DNA of 64,000 bases, taken from an uncultured Spirochaetota bacterium. Its GTDB lineage: Bacteria > Spirochaetota > Brevinematia > Brevinematales > JAOACQ01. Below the pieces are notes generated by a model that saw nothing but the letters and a program-made list of their open reading frames with translations, searched no databases and was not told where the DNA came from. Location of the stretch: assembly GCA_963768055.1 (NCBI GenBank), contig CAVYGN010000002.1:64001-128000 (forward strand), in the 5' to 3' direction. Positions 37,602 through 47,845 of this stretch are shown here, piece after piece. The position numbers and the translations under genes are program-made. Each line of letters starts with the position of its first letter. Position 1 is the stretch's first letter.

Positions 37602-37781
37602 GGCCTTAATCAGCCATAAAATCCCGATAAATTAAAATGTTGTATAATAAATAAAAAAGTTTTAGAATAGCAATGCAATTAGTGTCTAATAAAAAAGCGG
37701 GGCTGATAAGTATATGTTTAGGGGGTCGATGTTTTCAACGGGCGGTAGGCCCGGCGATTCATGGAGAGGAATGGGGGTATT

Positions 37782-40532
37782 ATGAAAAGGTTGATTATTA
37801 CAATTGTTATTCTTTTATTTTCTTCCGGTGTATTCCCTTTATCAAAAAATATTTTAATGCTCCCGGTTGTGCCTAAAGACAGCATCAGTGAAACCCTGTT
37901 AAAATTAATCAGGGACAAATTAATCTCGGAACTAAAAAAAGAAAGTTCATTTAATATCAGTGAAAATCCTTTATCCGATGATATTATGGATAAACTAAAT
38001 AAATCAGGGTTCGATGAGAGCGTCTGCAATGAGATCTTCAAGGGCGTTCAGGTCGAGTATGTATTGTACAGCGAGGCATCCTCTGAAAAATATGATGAAG
38101 CCTCATTAAAAATTAAAATATATTCAAAAAAGGCAAAGAAAATAAAAGTCGAATACAAGCGTTCTTGCTCCGGATTTGCCGATGATTTTGAACTCGCCGA
38201 TAGTATCGTTAAAATTACTGCGGATTATATAAAAGAACGCCTTATCATCACAAAGGATAATATTCATGACAAAACCCCCGGCGGCCTTTATATCACGATA
38301 GTTGAAAATGATATCGAAAAAGCGCGTGCTTTGCTTGAATCCGGGGTAAATCCCAACGATCCTTATGATTCCATAATGACAGTACGGCATCAGGGTAAGC
38401 CGGAGGAAAAAATGGATTTAAAAACGTATCCGGCGTTCGCCGTCTTGCAAAATGAAAAAATGCCTGATGAAGATAAAAAGGCATTTATCAAGCTTTTACA
38501 GGAATTCAAGGCCGATTTTAATATTAAAAACTATTTAAACCTTACTCCTCTTAATCTTTTAATGGAAAATTATATCAAAATCACCGATAAAACTGAAATA
38601 ATGAGTTTACTGCTTAACGCGGGGGCCGATCCTAATATTCCCGACGAGTATGGCGATACATTGATCTTCCGGCTGATTAATAATTATGAAAAATGGCCTG
38701 AAGCCGAAGTTTCAGGTATGATAAAAATGATATTGGAACATGGGGCAAATATCAATTTCTTCGAAAAATACGGCCACACCCCCTTAATGACCGCCGTTCA
38801 GAAAGAAGATACCAACCTTGTGCTGATGCTGATAAAAAACGGCGCTGAAATTAACCGTCAGAATGAATACGGTTCAACCCCATTAATGTGCGCCCTTTCC
38901 GATAACCGTAAAAAAAGGATTGAAATGATGGAACTCCTGATCGATAACGGGGCTGACGTCAATAAGGCCGATTATCATGGAATTACCGTCCTCATGGATG
39001 CCGCTTCCGATGATAAAAATATCGATGTCGTCAAATTTCTTGTTTCGAAGAACGCCGATATCAATATCGGAAATGAAGACGGCCTGACGGCGTTGAATAA
39101 TGCCCAGGGCTGTAAAAAAATTTATGAATTCCTTAAAAGCAAAGGCGGTAAATTGTATTCTTTTAAATACCCTGAAGAAAACGATTCCCCGCTTTGTAAA
39201 GCCGTTTTAAATAAAGATTTAAAAGCCTTTTATACTTTTCCGGTTGAAGAATATCAAAAACTGCAGGCAAGGACTTCGCTCGGAGTGCCTGCGACCGTGC
39301 TTCATCTCGCCGTTGAAAAGGGAGACCCGGATGTTTTAAAAGCATTATGCTTGTACAAGGTTAACTGGAATGCTCCGGACCGCTATAAAAGGACCCCTCT
39401 CTTGCTGGCGGTTATGATGAACCGGAAGGATATTGTCAGCCTTCTCCTTGAAAACGGCGCGGATCCTAATTCCTGCGATCTTCATGGAATGTCCCCATAC
39501 GCTTTCGCAGCCGGTAAGAACCCCGAAATGGCGGATCTTTTATTAAAATCGACAAATAAACCTGATAGCAATGTACCGCTGTTCAACGCTGTAATCGCAG
39601 GAAATATCGATCTGGTCAAACTGCTTTACACTTATTCTGAAAAGAGCATAGATTCGAATATAATAGATTTCGCCGTTGATTTCGGCCAGCCTGAAATAAC
39701 TGGATTTTTAACTGAAAAGATCCCGCAAATGCAAGATAAATCTAATGAACTTATTTCCATCGCCCAGTCCAACAGAATCCGTTTCTCGGGTTATGAAACC
39801 GGTTATAAAGCTCCGGCAACTCCCCTGAAAAAGACAGGGGGAATAGCGGATAAAAGAGGCATGTTCAAGTATGTGCTTGAAGAATGGTCGCCGTATTCCG
39901 ATGAAAAGACCGGACTGGATTTGAAAAAATTGCCGGTCGGTGTTTATGTCCCGAAGGATTATACGGGTGTTAAGCCCTTCGGTTTGCTCGTTTTTATTTC
40001 CTGGGATTATCCCGATGCGGAATACAGGAAAATCCTTGATAAAAACGGCATCATCTGGGTCGGATACGACTGTTATAAAATTAATTATGTTCCTTTTACC
40101 AAAGAACATAAGCATGAGGTTTTTTCTCTCGCCATGGTTTATAACATGCTCAAGTATTACAATATCGACTTTGCCAGGATATATATCGCCGGGGCGTCCT
40201 GGGGCGGACGACTTACCGGTGAAATTATTCACCGCCGCCCGGACATCTTTAAAGGCGGGATAGCTTCCTGCGGGTGCCTTACAGACAACTGGGACGAAAT
40301 TGTAAAAGGGTTCATGTCAAATTTGAATTATGCTCAGAAAAATACATCACTCGTCATTACTGCCGGAGATTATGACTACAACCGTGCGGAAGCATTCGGC
40401 ATGTACGATTATTTTTTAATGCGGAATTTTCATAATATTTTTTACATCCAGGATGCCGGTAAATATCATGGAGGATTGAGCGGCACTAATTTCGAAAAAG
40501 CGATCGATCTGCTGGACGCTAACAGGGATTAA
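37782..40532 (+). CDS. exported ankyrin-repeat protein with C-terminal alpha/beta-hydrolase domain
   Basis: Signal peptide; many ankyrin repeats (GHTPLMTAV, GSTPLMCAL, RTPLLLAV); C-terminal RIYIAGASWGG, GDYDYN and HGG. Confidence 0.82.
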   Translation: MKRLIITIVILLFSSGVFPLSKNILMLPVVPKDSISETLLKLIRDKLISELKKESSFNISENPLSDDIMDKLNKSGFDESVCNEIFKGVQVEYVLYSEASSEKYDEASLKIKIYSKKAKKIKVEYKRSCSGFADDFELADSIVKITADYIKERLIITKDNIHDKTPGGLYITIVENDIEKARALLESGVNPNDPYDSIMTVRHQGKPEEKMDLKTYPAFAVLQNEKMPDEDKKAFIKLLQEFKADFNIKNYLNLTPLNLLMENYIKITDKTEIMSLLLNAGADPNIPDEYGDTLIFRLINNYEKWPEAEVSGMIKMILEHGANINFFEKYGHTPLMTAVQKEDTNLVLMLIKNGAEINRQNEYGSTPLMCALSDNRKKRIEMMELLIDNGADVNKADYHGITVLMDAASDDKNIDVVKFLVSKNADINIGNEDGLTALNNAQGCKKIYEFLKSKGGKLYSFKYPEENDSPLCKAVLNKDLKAFYTFPVEEYQKLQARTSLGVPATVLHLAVEKGDPDVLKALCLYKVNWNAPDRYKRTPLLLAVMMNRKDIVSLLLENGADPNSCDLHGMSPYAFAAGKNPEMADLLLKSTNKPDSNVPLFNAVIAGNIDLVKLLYTYSEKSIDSNIIDFAVDFGQPEITGFLTEKIPQMQDKSNELISIAQSNRIRFSGYETGYKAPATPLKKTGGIADKRGMFKYVLEEWSPYSDEKTGLDLKKLPVGVYVPKDYTGVKPFGLLVFISWDYPDAEYRKILDKNGIIWVGYDCYKINYVPFTKEHKHEVFSLAMVYNMLKYYNIDFARIYIAGASWGGRLTGEIIHRRPDIFKGGIASCGCLTDNWDEIVKGFMSNLNYAQKNTSLVITAGDYDYNRAEAFGMYDYFLMRNFHNIFYIQDAGKYHGGLSGTNFEKAIDLLDANRD

Positions 40533-40613
40533 TGCGATTTACCCGATCAAACCGGTGCTCTTCCCGAGTATCCAGTCGAAGATCCTTTCCGGGAGGAGTC
40601 CCGGAGGAGGAGG

Positions 40614-40964
40614 ATGGCCATGAAAGTTAAATCACTTTCTTTCGGCTCTATTAATATCGACGGCGATATTTATGAAAAAGATATCGTCATCGATAATGGA
40701 AAAATCTCTAAAAGAAAGAAATCGGCGTCAAAAAAATACCGTGATACATATGTCCATACCCCCCTGTCGGTTGATGAAAATATTCCATGGGACTGTAAAA
40801 CCCTTATCATCGGCACAGGCCAAAACAAGAACCTGCCGGTAATGGACAATGTAAAGAATCTGGCACTGGAAAAGGGTGTTGAACTCCTTCTGATGAGCAC
40901 TCCTGACGCCGTCAGGCATTTGAACGACAAATCTACAAATTTCGTCCTCCACCTTACCTGCTGA
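40614..40964 (+). CDS. Mth938-like domain protein
   Basis: SFGSINIDG, LIIGTG, TPDA and C-terminal LHLTC. Confidence 0.85.
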   Translation: MAMKVKSLSFGSINIDGDIYEKDIVIDNGKISKRKKSASKKYRDTYVHTPLSVDENIPWDCKTLIIGTGQNKNLPVMDNVKNLALEKGVELLLMSTPDAVRHLNDKSTNFVLHLTC

Positions 40965-41048
40965 CGGACAGGATAAATACTCCCCGCTGATGAAATAAAA
41001 ATGCAATTTATTCGTCACTAAAAGATATAATATCCATGGAGGTAATCG

Positions 41049-41615
41049 ATGTCCTCAAATGAAAAGAACAGGGTCTGCCCGGTCGAACACGCGGGAGCAT
41101 TGGATTCCGGTTTACGCAAGATATTACATAATCCTCGAAAAATTCTAAAACCTTATATATCCGAAGGGATGAAAGTCCTGGATCTTGGCTGCGGACCGGG
41201 GTTTTTCTCCATAGAAATCGCCCGTTTGGTAGGCGGTTCGGGAAAAGTAATTGCCGCCGATTTGCAGGAAGCCATGCTTGAAATAGTTAAAGAAAAAATA
41301 AAAAACTCAGACCTTAAAAATATCATTGAATTGCATAAAACCGGCAAGGACAGGATAGGCTTATCGGAAAAGGTCGATTTCATATTATTATTTTATATTC
41401 TTCATGAAGTCCCCGATAAAGACGCATTATTTCAGGAAATAAAGACATTATTAAAACCCGGAGGGAAAGTTCTGATAATCGAACCGAAATTCCGGGTTTC
41501 AAAAATCGATTTCAGCAATTCAATCGCTATTATAAAGAATAACGGATTCGATATTATCCGACGGCCGAAAGTATTTCTCAGCCGTTCGATCGTTGTAAAT
41601 ACAGCCGGTAAATAA
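41049..41615 (+). CDS. class I SAM-dependent methyltransferase
   Basis: VLDLGCGPG, LHE and LKPGG motifs. Confidence 0.9.
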   Translation: MSSNEKNRVCPVEHAGALDSGLRKILHNPRKILKPYISEGMKVLDLGCGPGFFSIEIARLVGGSGKVIAADLQEAMLEIVKEKIKNSDLKNIIELHKTGKDRIGLSEKVDFILLFYILHEVPDKDALFQEIKTLLKPGGKVLIIEPKFRVSKIDFSNSIAIIKNNGFDIIRRPKVFLSRSIVVNTAGK

Positions 41616-41621
41616 TATATA

Positions 41622-44600
41622 TTAAGACTTGTAATCGACACACAATATGGCCCTGTCGTCATGCAAAGGCGCGCCGCCGCTGAATTCGTTTACATCCAAG
41701 AGGACACACTCGATATATTCCGCGGGAGTCTTTTCCGCACACTTAACTGTCATTTCAAGAAGCCTTTTTGTATCGTAAAGATCGCCATCTTTATTCATTG
41801 TTTCCACTATCCCGTCTGTGAACATCACCAGCCTGTCGCCCTTTTCAAGAAATACTTCACCGCACTTATATGTCGAATTCATTGTCAATCCGATATATCC
41901 GCTTCCTGTTTGAAGCCTCTCGATTTTACCCGTTTTCCTCCTGTAAAGTATGGCCGGCTGGTGAGCGGCGTTAGTAAACTCAAATCTTCCCGTGCCGACA
42001 TCCAGTATCCCGAAGAATACTGTGAGGTCATGCTCGCTCATCTCTCCAACAAATAAACAGATATCCTTATTGACGCTGTAGCAAACTTCGGCGGTCGTTT
42101 TGCCAGTAAGGGCGTCAGTGTTAAAGCTCGCTTTAGCCATTGCCGTCATCAGGGACGCCGACACTCCATGCCCGGATACGTCGGCCATCAGGAAACCGTA
42201 ACGGTTATCGTCGATCTTTATTATATCGTAAAGATCGCCCCCAAGGTCCTCCATCGCTAAGTATTTTCCCGATATATTCAGGTCGGCGCACTGCCTGAGG
42301 GCTTCCTCCTTAGGCAGGAAGCTTGCCTGGACCTTCTGTGCAATCTTCAGTTCGTCGAGCATGGCCTGGTTTTTAGCCGCCAGTTCTTTTGTCCTTTCGG
42401 CAACTTTGACCTCCAGGTTCCTGCTGTAATCCTCGAGCCGGCCGTAAAGCCCGGCGTTCTCAATGGAAATAGCGGCCTGCGAAGACAGTGTGGAAAGAAG
42501 CTCGATCCGCCTTTCAGGGAACGCATTCGTAATTAGATTGTTCTCTATATAGAGGATGGCCACAAGCCGTCCCTGATTTATTATAGCCGTGCAGAGAATG
42601 GATTTGGGCTTATAAGCTTTTATATATTCGTCTCCAGCCCATCTGCCGTCCGATGCGGCATCGTCGATTACGACGCTCTCCCTGCTATTGGAAACATATC
42701 TTACAATAGAAACACATATCTTATCTTCTTTTTCAATTGGTATGTTCTTCAATATATCAGGTTCGTTAACTGTCAATATTTCCGCTTTTGCCTGGATAAA
42801 AAGCTTCCCCCCTGAATCGGGCATTATCAAAAATCCTTTCTGGGCCCCCGCGTTCTCCATCAATATTTTTATTGTCTTGCTGAGCAGAGCTTCAAGGTTC
42901 ATCTCGCCGGCCATAATATTGGAAGACTTTAGAACTGTACTGATATCTAAGGTGCTGCCTCTAGTCGAACTGGAACCTGGTCTTTTACTGGTTGTCGATT
43001 CCGATATGGTCCCGGAATCGAGCCCGGCTTCTTTAACAATGTCGTAATCACTTTCAATGGACGTGATAATGGCAGGGTTCTTTATTCGTAAATCCTGCAA
43101 TTTACCTTTGGCTCCCCAGCTCTGGTAGGTAAGATATGCTTCTTTTAGGTAAAATTCAGAGATCTTCTCCAATCCTATCGATTGATAGAAGAGGCCGGTG
43201 TGTTCCAGAATCATTGCTTTTTCATGGGCAAAGCCGTTCTTTCCCGCTTCTTCCGCCGCCCTTTCGTAGAGCCTCATCGCTTCCTCGTTCTTCCCGAACC
43301 TCGCGATAAGTTCCGCTTCAATGAAAAGCTGCTTGTGCAGGCAGTTTTCTGGGCAGAGCATTGCCCATAAAGTCATCTTTTTCAGGATCGAATCAATCGT
43401 TTTTAAATTTTTCTTCCATAAGTTTTTATTTGCATCAGGATAATTGCCAAGAAGTGACAGGGCGTAGAAATAATAAGAATCTCTATAAAGGCTATTACCC
43501 ATAATGCCTTTAAGGGGCTTTTTTACCTCCAGCGCATAATTTAAAGAGCCTTCGTAATCGTTATACAAATAATGTATAAATTGCTTGAATACCAGGTAAA
43601 AAGCGTACGGATTCATATTCTTGACTTTCTTCCAATAGTCTATGATTGCCTTTTCATCGCAAGAAGGCCCTGAAAAAGAGTATTTGTCATCCTTTGCACC
43701 TGTAAGATTAAGGGCTAAATTCTGCCATAATTTTATTTCTTCAGCTATACGAGGCTGCTTCAATTTTGTGGACTGAATATCGAATAATTTCGCTTTTTCA
43801 CATATTGATTCCAGGTTTTCGCTTAATAAAATAGAAGTCATAAGATTAACATCAATGCTATAGGCAGCGTATTCAAGGTCACCCGTCTCCATACTCAATT
43901 TGTAACTTTCTTCAAATAAAGCAATAGTTTCGCGGAGCGGTTTAACCCAGTGGTACAATAGAAAACCTAGAGCAAAAGTAACTTTACTTTGTACAACTTT
44001 CGTATTTATTTTATTTTTAAACATATATGCAATTTCACCAAGCTGATAACCGCGTTTATAGTTTCCCAGTACCGATGAAACAATATATCCATAAGCCGAA
44101 TAGGCATAAGCGGAATACATGGAGTTTCCATTCCTTAGGGAAAAATTCAGCAATTTTAGTACAATTATTGGTAAATAATCAGCATCGAACATAAAAACCG
44201 GAGAAAGTATTTGTATGAAAAGCTGCGCTATGGCTATTTTTTTAGGCTCATCAAGTATGGGCAAGTTCATCAGAGCCTCGATACCCTTTTTCTTCGTCAG
44301 CTTCTTAACAAGGCTGTTGGCTTTCAGTAATTCATTAATTATATAAATAGGGTTCGCTTTCCCCGGCAATTTCATTCCAAGAAGAGACAAAGCCTTTTTA
44401 CCCTGCTTGATCGCCAATTCCATTTTATTATACGACGTATTCAAAGGTATTTGGATACTGTAAACTTTAACCTCGTCCATTATATCTTTCGCGTTTACCA
44501 TTACTTCATTGAAATGCTTTTCGGCTTTTTCATGTTCTCCAGTAAGATAATCAGCTTCTCCGGCTTCAGTATGAAAGTCTAAGGTTAGTTTATAATATGT

Positions 44601-46895
44601 TTTCCATGAATCTTCAGGAAGAAGTGATAATCCGGCATTCAAAAAATTACTTGCCGAATCATATGCTACCGACATTTTTGCCCTTATCCCCGCTTTTAAA
44701 TTAAGTTCTGCAAGATAGATCTTTTCTTCTTGAGTATTTATAATGCCTATAGCGTAATTTAATTGTGAAGCGACCTCAAAAATCCTTTCATCGACCTGCT
44801 CAGGTTTTAAATTATTGATGAGTGTTTTACCAATCACATAATGGTTTTTTTCTCTTTCTTTCTTATCAATTAAATTGTATACCGTTTCTTTTAACCGGTC
44901 ATGCGCGAACCTTATCTTTTGACCCGAGGCGATCAGGAAACCTTCGTTTACAGCCGGTTTTAAAGCCTCGTATGTTTCTTGTTCTGTCCTGCCTAAGACA
45001 AGGGATAATATATTGATATGAAAATCCGGACCTATGCAAGAAGCTGTCCTTATGAATTTCAAAGTATTTTCAGGAAGTTTTAAAATCTGCCCTGAAATAA
45101 ATTCCGCGACATTCCCGGTAATTTCAGCGTTTTTTATTTTATCGATATCCCATTTCCAGCCATTTCTGAATACTATCATCTCCTTGTCATAAAGGGTCTT
45201 GATCAGACCGTTCACAAAAAACGGGTTACCCCTTGTTTTTAGTTCTATTACATCGGCAAGTTCTCCAGTCGTTTTCACATCACAATACAAAGTATCACTC
45301 AAAAGTTTCGATATTTCACTGGAAGTGAGTTTTGTAAGTTTTAATTCTTCCAAATTAACATTATCCTTATTAATATTATCAATAAATTTCGTTAATTTGC
45401 TTTCCTTTCCAACTTCATTGTCCCTGTAAGCGCCCAGAAAAAGGAAGTGACTGAGACTATTATCAGTTAAAACTGCAGAAAGCAGCTTAAGGCTTGCATC
45501 GTCAGCCCACTCCATCCCATCCAGAAAAAATACGAGAGTCTGCTTTTTTCCGGCAAATACTCTTATAAAATTCTGAAAAACATAGTTGAACCTGTTTTCA
45601 GCTTCCGACGGGGCAAGATCTATAACCTTAGGCTGATCGCCTATGATAACTTTAAGCTGCGGCAGTTCATGTACGATAACATCTCCATTTTCCCCGACAC
45701 CTTCCATAATTCTCTTTTTCCATCCTTTAAGCTTTTCTTCACTTTCAGATAACAGGCGCCCTATTAAACCGTTAAAAGCGTCAATAATAGCGGAAAGCGG
45801 CATTGATATTCTGGCCTGGTCGAATTTTCCCTGAATGAAAAAACCATTTTTCTCGGCCACAGCCTTGCTCATTTCATTTACAAGGCTCGATTTTCCAATG
45901 CCGGGCTCTCCAGTTACAATAACTACTTTCTTTTCACCAGCGGCAGCCTCGTTTAATATTCCCTTTAGATAATTTAATTGCTTTTCCCGGCCGTAAAGTT
46001 TTTCCGGTATAGAGAGCTTTTCAGGAAGATCGTTTTCTCCGGGTAAAAAGTCAGAAATTTTTGATTTTTCTAACAACTCTTTTAAGCATCGCTCCAGATC
46101 CGTTTTTAGACCGTAAGAGCTTTGATATCTCTCTTCCGCATTTTTTGAAAGCAGTTTCATCACAATGCCTGATAATGCCCCGGGAATTTCATGGTTTATA
46201 TCGGACGGGTTTGCCGGTGTTCTGGCAATATGCGCATGCACGATTTCCATCGGATCTTCAGCTTCGAATGGGACTTTCCCCGTCAGCATCTGGTAAAATG
46301 TCACTCCGAGCGAATAATAGTCGGTTCTGTAATCGATTGAACGGTTCATCCTTCCGGTTTGTTCCGGTGATATATATAACAGTGTGCCTTCGAGCTGGTC
46401 ACGCGTTATTATTTCCTGAACTTCCCTTGAAAGTTGCGTCGATATACCGAAATCTATGATCTTGACTTCCGAAGTCTTCCTGTTTAAAAGTATATTATGC
46501 GGCTTTATGTCCTTGTGGATGATATTCTTTTTATGTATTTCCCCCAGAGCCTCTATTATCTTCAAACCGACAGGCAGAAATTCTTTTAACGCAAACTTTC
46601 CCTGCTTTAATATTTTATCAATAGATTCACCTCCGAAATCCTCTTCAACTATTATCAGGGCATTTTCAAGCTTCACGAGTTCGTATACTCCCAGAACTCC
46701 TTCCACGCCTCCAAGGCTTTTCATTACATTATATTCATATTCGAAGTTTTTAAGTTCTTCATGATTTGGATATGAGTTCTTCAGCGTCTTCATTACGACC
46801 TGCCTTTTATTTCGCAGGTCTTCGGCCCTGTAGATTATATTTTTTCTGCCTGAATAAATTTCATCCGATATTTTGTAATCTTTGGGATTGATCAT
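41622..46895 (-). CDS. multidomain Ser/Thr kinase + AAA ATPase + TPR-like region + GAF + SpoIIE/PP2C phosphatase
   Basis: HKDIKPHN, DFG and YISPEQTGR; Walker A GEPGIGKS; GAF PKSILC...LYIEN; PP2C GGDLYD, ADVSGHG, FTDG and DD. Confidence 0.92.
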   Translation of the reverse strand: MINPKDYKISDEIYSGRKNIIYRAEDLRNKRQVVMKTLKNSYPNHEELKNFEYEYNVMKSLGGVEGVLGVYELVKLENALIIVEEDFGGESIDKILKQGKFALKEFLPVGLKIIEALGEIHKKNIIHKDIKPHNILLNRKTSEVKIIDFGISTQLSREVQEIITRDQLEGTLLYISPEQTGRMNRSIDYRTDYYSLGVTFYQMLTGKVPFEAEDPMEIVHAHIARTPANPSDINHEIPGALSGIVMKLLSKNAEERYQSSYGLKTDLERCLKELLEKSKISDFLPGENDLPEKLSIPEKLYGREKQLNYLKGILNEAAAGEKKVVIVTGEPGIGKSSLVNEMSKAVAEKNGFFIQGKFDQARISMPLSAIIDAFNGLIGRLLSESEEKLKGWKKRIMEGVGENGDVIVHELPQLKVIIGDQPKVIDLAPSEAENRFNYVFQNFIRVFAGKKQTLVFFLDGMEWADDASLKLLSAVLTDNSLSHFLFLGAYRDNEVGKESKLTKFIDNINKDNVNLEELKLTKLTSSEISKLLSDTLYCDVKTTGELADVIELKTRGNPFFVNGLIKTLYDKEMIVFRNGWKWDIDKIKNAEITGNVAEFISGQILKLPENTLKFIRTASCIGPDFHINILSLVLGRTEQETYEALKPAVNEGFLIASGQKIRFAHDRLKETVYNLIDKKEREKNHYVIGKTLINNLKPEQVDERIFEVASQLNYAIGIINTQEEKIYLAELNLKAGIRAKMSVAYDSASNFLNAGLSLLPEDSWKTYYKLTLDFHTEAGEADYLTGEHEKAEKHFNEVMVNAKDIMDEVKVYSIQIPLNTSYNKMELAIKQGKKALSLLGMKLPGKANPIYIINELLKANSLVKKLTKKKGIEALMNLPILDEPKKIAIAQLFIQILSPVFMFDADYLPIIVLKLLNFSLRNGNSMYSAYAYSAYGYIVSSVLGNYKRGYQLGEIAYMFKNKINTKVVQSKVTFALGFLLYHWVKPLRETIALFEESYKLSMETGDLEYAAYSIDVNLMTSILLSENLESICEKAKLFDIQSTKLKQPRIAEEIKLWQNLALNLTGAKDDKYSFSGPSCDEKAIIDYWKKVKNMNPYAFYLVFKQFIHYLYNDYEGSLNYALEVKKPLKGIMGNSLYRDSYYFYALSLLGNYPDANKNLWKKNLKTIDSILKKMTLWAMLCPENCLHKQLFIEAELIARFGKNEEAMRLYERAAEEAGKNGFAHEKAMILEHTGLFYQSIGLEKISEFYLKEAYLTYQSWGAKGKLQDLRIKNPAIITSIESDYDIVKEAGLDSGTISESTTSKRPGSSSTRGSTLDISTVLKSSNIMAGEMNLEALLSKTIKILMENAGAQKGFLIMPDSGGKLFIQAKAEILTVNEPDILKNIPIEKEDKICVSIVRYVSNSRESVVIDDAASDGRWAGDEYIKAYKPKSILCTAIINQGRLVAILYIENNLITNAFPERRIELLSTLSSQAAISIENAGLYGRLEDYSRNLEVKVAERTKELAAKNQAMLDELKIAQKVQASFLPKEEALRQCADLNISGKYLAMEDLGGDLYDIIKIDDNRYGFLMADVSGHGVSASLMTAMAKASFNTDALTGKTTAEVCYSVNKDICLFVGEMSEHDLTVFFGILDVGTGRFEFTNAAHQPAILYRRKTGKIERLQTGSGYIGLTMNSTYKCGEVFLEKGDRLVMFTDGIVETMNKDGDLYDTKRLLEMTVKCAEKTPAEYIECVLLDVNEFSGGAPLHDDRAILCVDYKS

Positions 46896-46988
46896 AATAT
46901 CACTCCTTTAAAATTACTTAACGTAGAGACTTTTTGTAAATACAGTTATATTCAATAATTAAAATCATGATTTTATAAGATGATTTCC

Positions 46989-47040
46989 ATATTAGAATAA
47001 AAATATATTTATGTCAATGAAAATGTACAAAATTGTACAT
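46989..47040 (-). promoter_or_regulatory. sigma-70 promoter of the kinase gene with an upstream palindrome
   Basis: TTGACA (47017-12)-N17-TAATAT (46994-89); ATGTACAA-AA-TTGTACAT at 47023-47040. Confidence 0.6.
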
Positions 47041-47139
47041 ATTGTTTAATTAATAATTCACATAAAACAAATCAGACAATTCAGGTCATTACCGATGTAC
47101 TGTAAAGAATAATAAAACAAAGAAAAACAGTTGATATTC

Positions 47140-47826
47140 CTATATATTTTTATTCCATTGATTCCCAGTCGAAGCATCGTAATCAATCCTTTTAATCATA
47201 TTAAGATTTATCTCATTTAGAGAATTTATCAAGTACTTAACTCCAGTCTTAACCATATCTTTTTTCTGATATCCCCATGTATTTGATGAAGGCATTCCAA
47301 TAAAAGGCACATTTAACGACTTTGCAGCCTCGGCTACCATATTGACGTCGTCAATGAACAATGCCTCATTATATTTAAGATTATAAATTTCAGTAGTGAT
47401 TTCTTTTATTCCCGGTCTGAAATCATTTGTACAAACGTACATCGTAAAATATTCGGTATATTGCTTCATTTCTTTACGATAATATGTTTCGGGCAATCCT
47501 CCATAGCAAATTATCAATAAATTAAGCGATTCAATTAATTTTAGCAAATAATCTAAACCTTGATTGAATCCACTTCCATTTCTATTTATAAATTCTTCCC
47601 TTTCTTTAAAATAAATCTTAATTAATTCATCCGTACTAAGATCTAATTTAAATAAATTAATCAGATATTCGGCGGCTTCTTCTCTTTTTTGTGAAAATAT
47701 ATTTCTTTCAATATCCCTGTTATAAGTTCCCCCAAATTTTTCTACCAATAACTTTATTACCGGGCTGAAAGTGTCTTTCAGCAGGACTCCGTCTATATCG
47801 AAAGCAACGAGCTTGAGTGTCTTCAT
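47140..47826 (-). CDS. HAD-superfamily phosphatase
   Basis: Motif I FDIDGVLL followed by DTFSPVI, motif IV LFIDD. The ATG at 47826 follows AAGGA. Confidence 0.85.
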   Translation of the reverse strand: MKTLKLVAFDIDGVLLKDTFSPVIKLLVEKFGGTYNRDIERNIFSQKREEAAEYLINLFKLDLSTDELIKIYFKEREEFINRNGSGFNQGLDYLLKLIESLNLLIICYGGLPETYYRKEMKQYTEYFTMYVCTNDFRPGIKEITTEIYNLKYNEALFIDDVNMVAEAAKSLNVPFIGMPSSNTWGYQKKDMVKTGVKYLINSLNEINLNMIKRIDYDASTGNQWNKNI

Positions 47827-47845
47827 AAATATTTCCTTGTAAAAA

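Noticed and set aside
37602..37781. Riboswitch or tRNA in the long leader of the ankyrin gene
   Set aside because: No recognisable aptamer consensus or cloverleaf.
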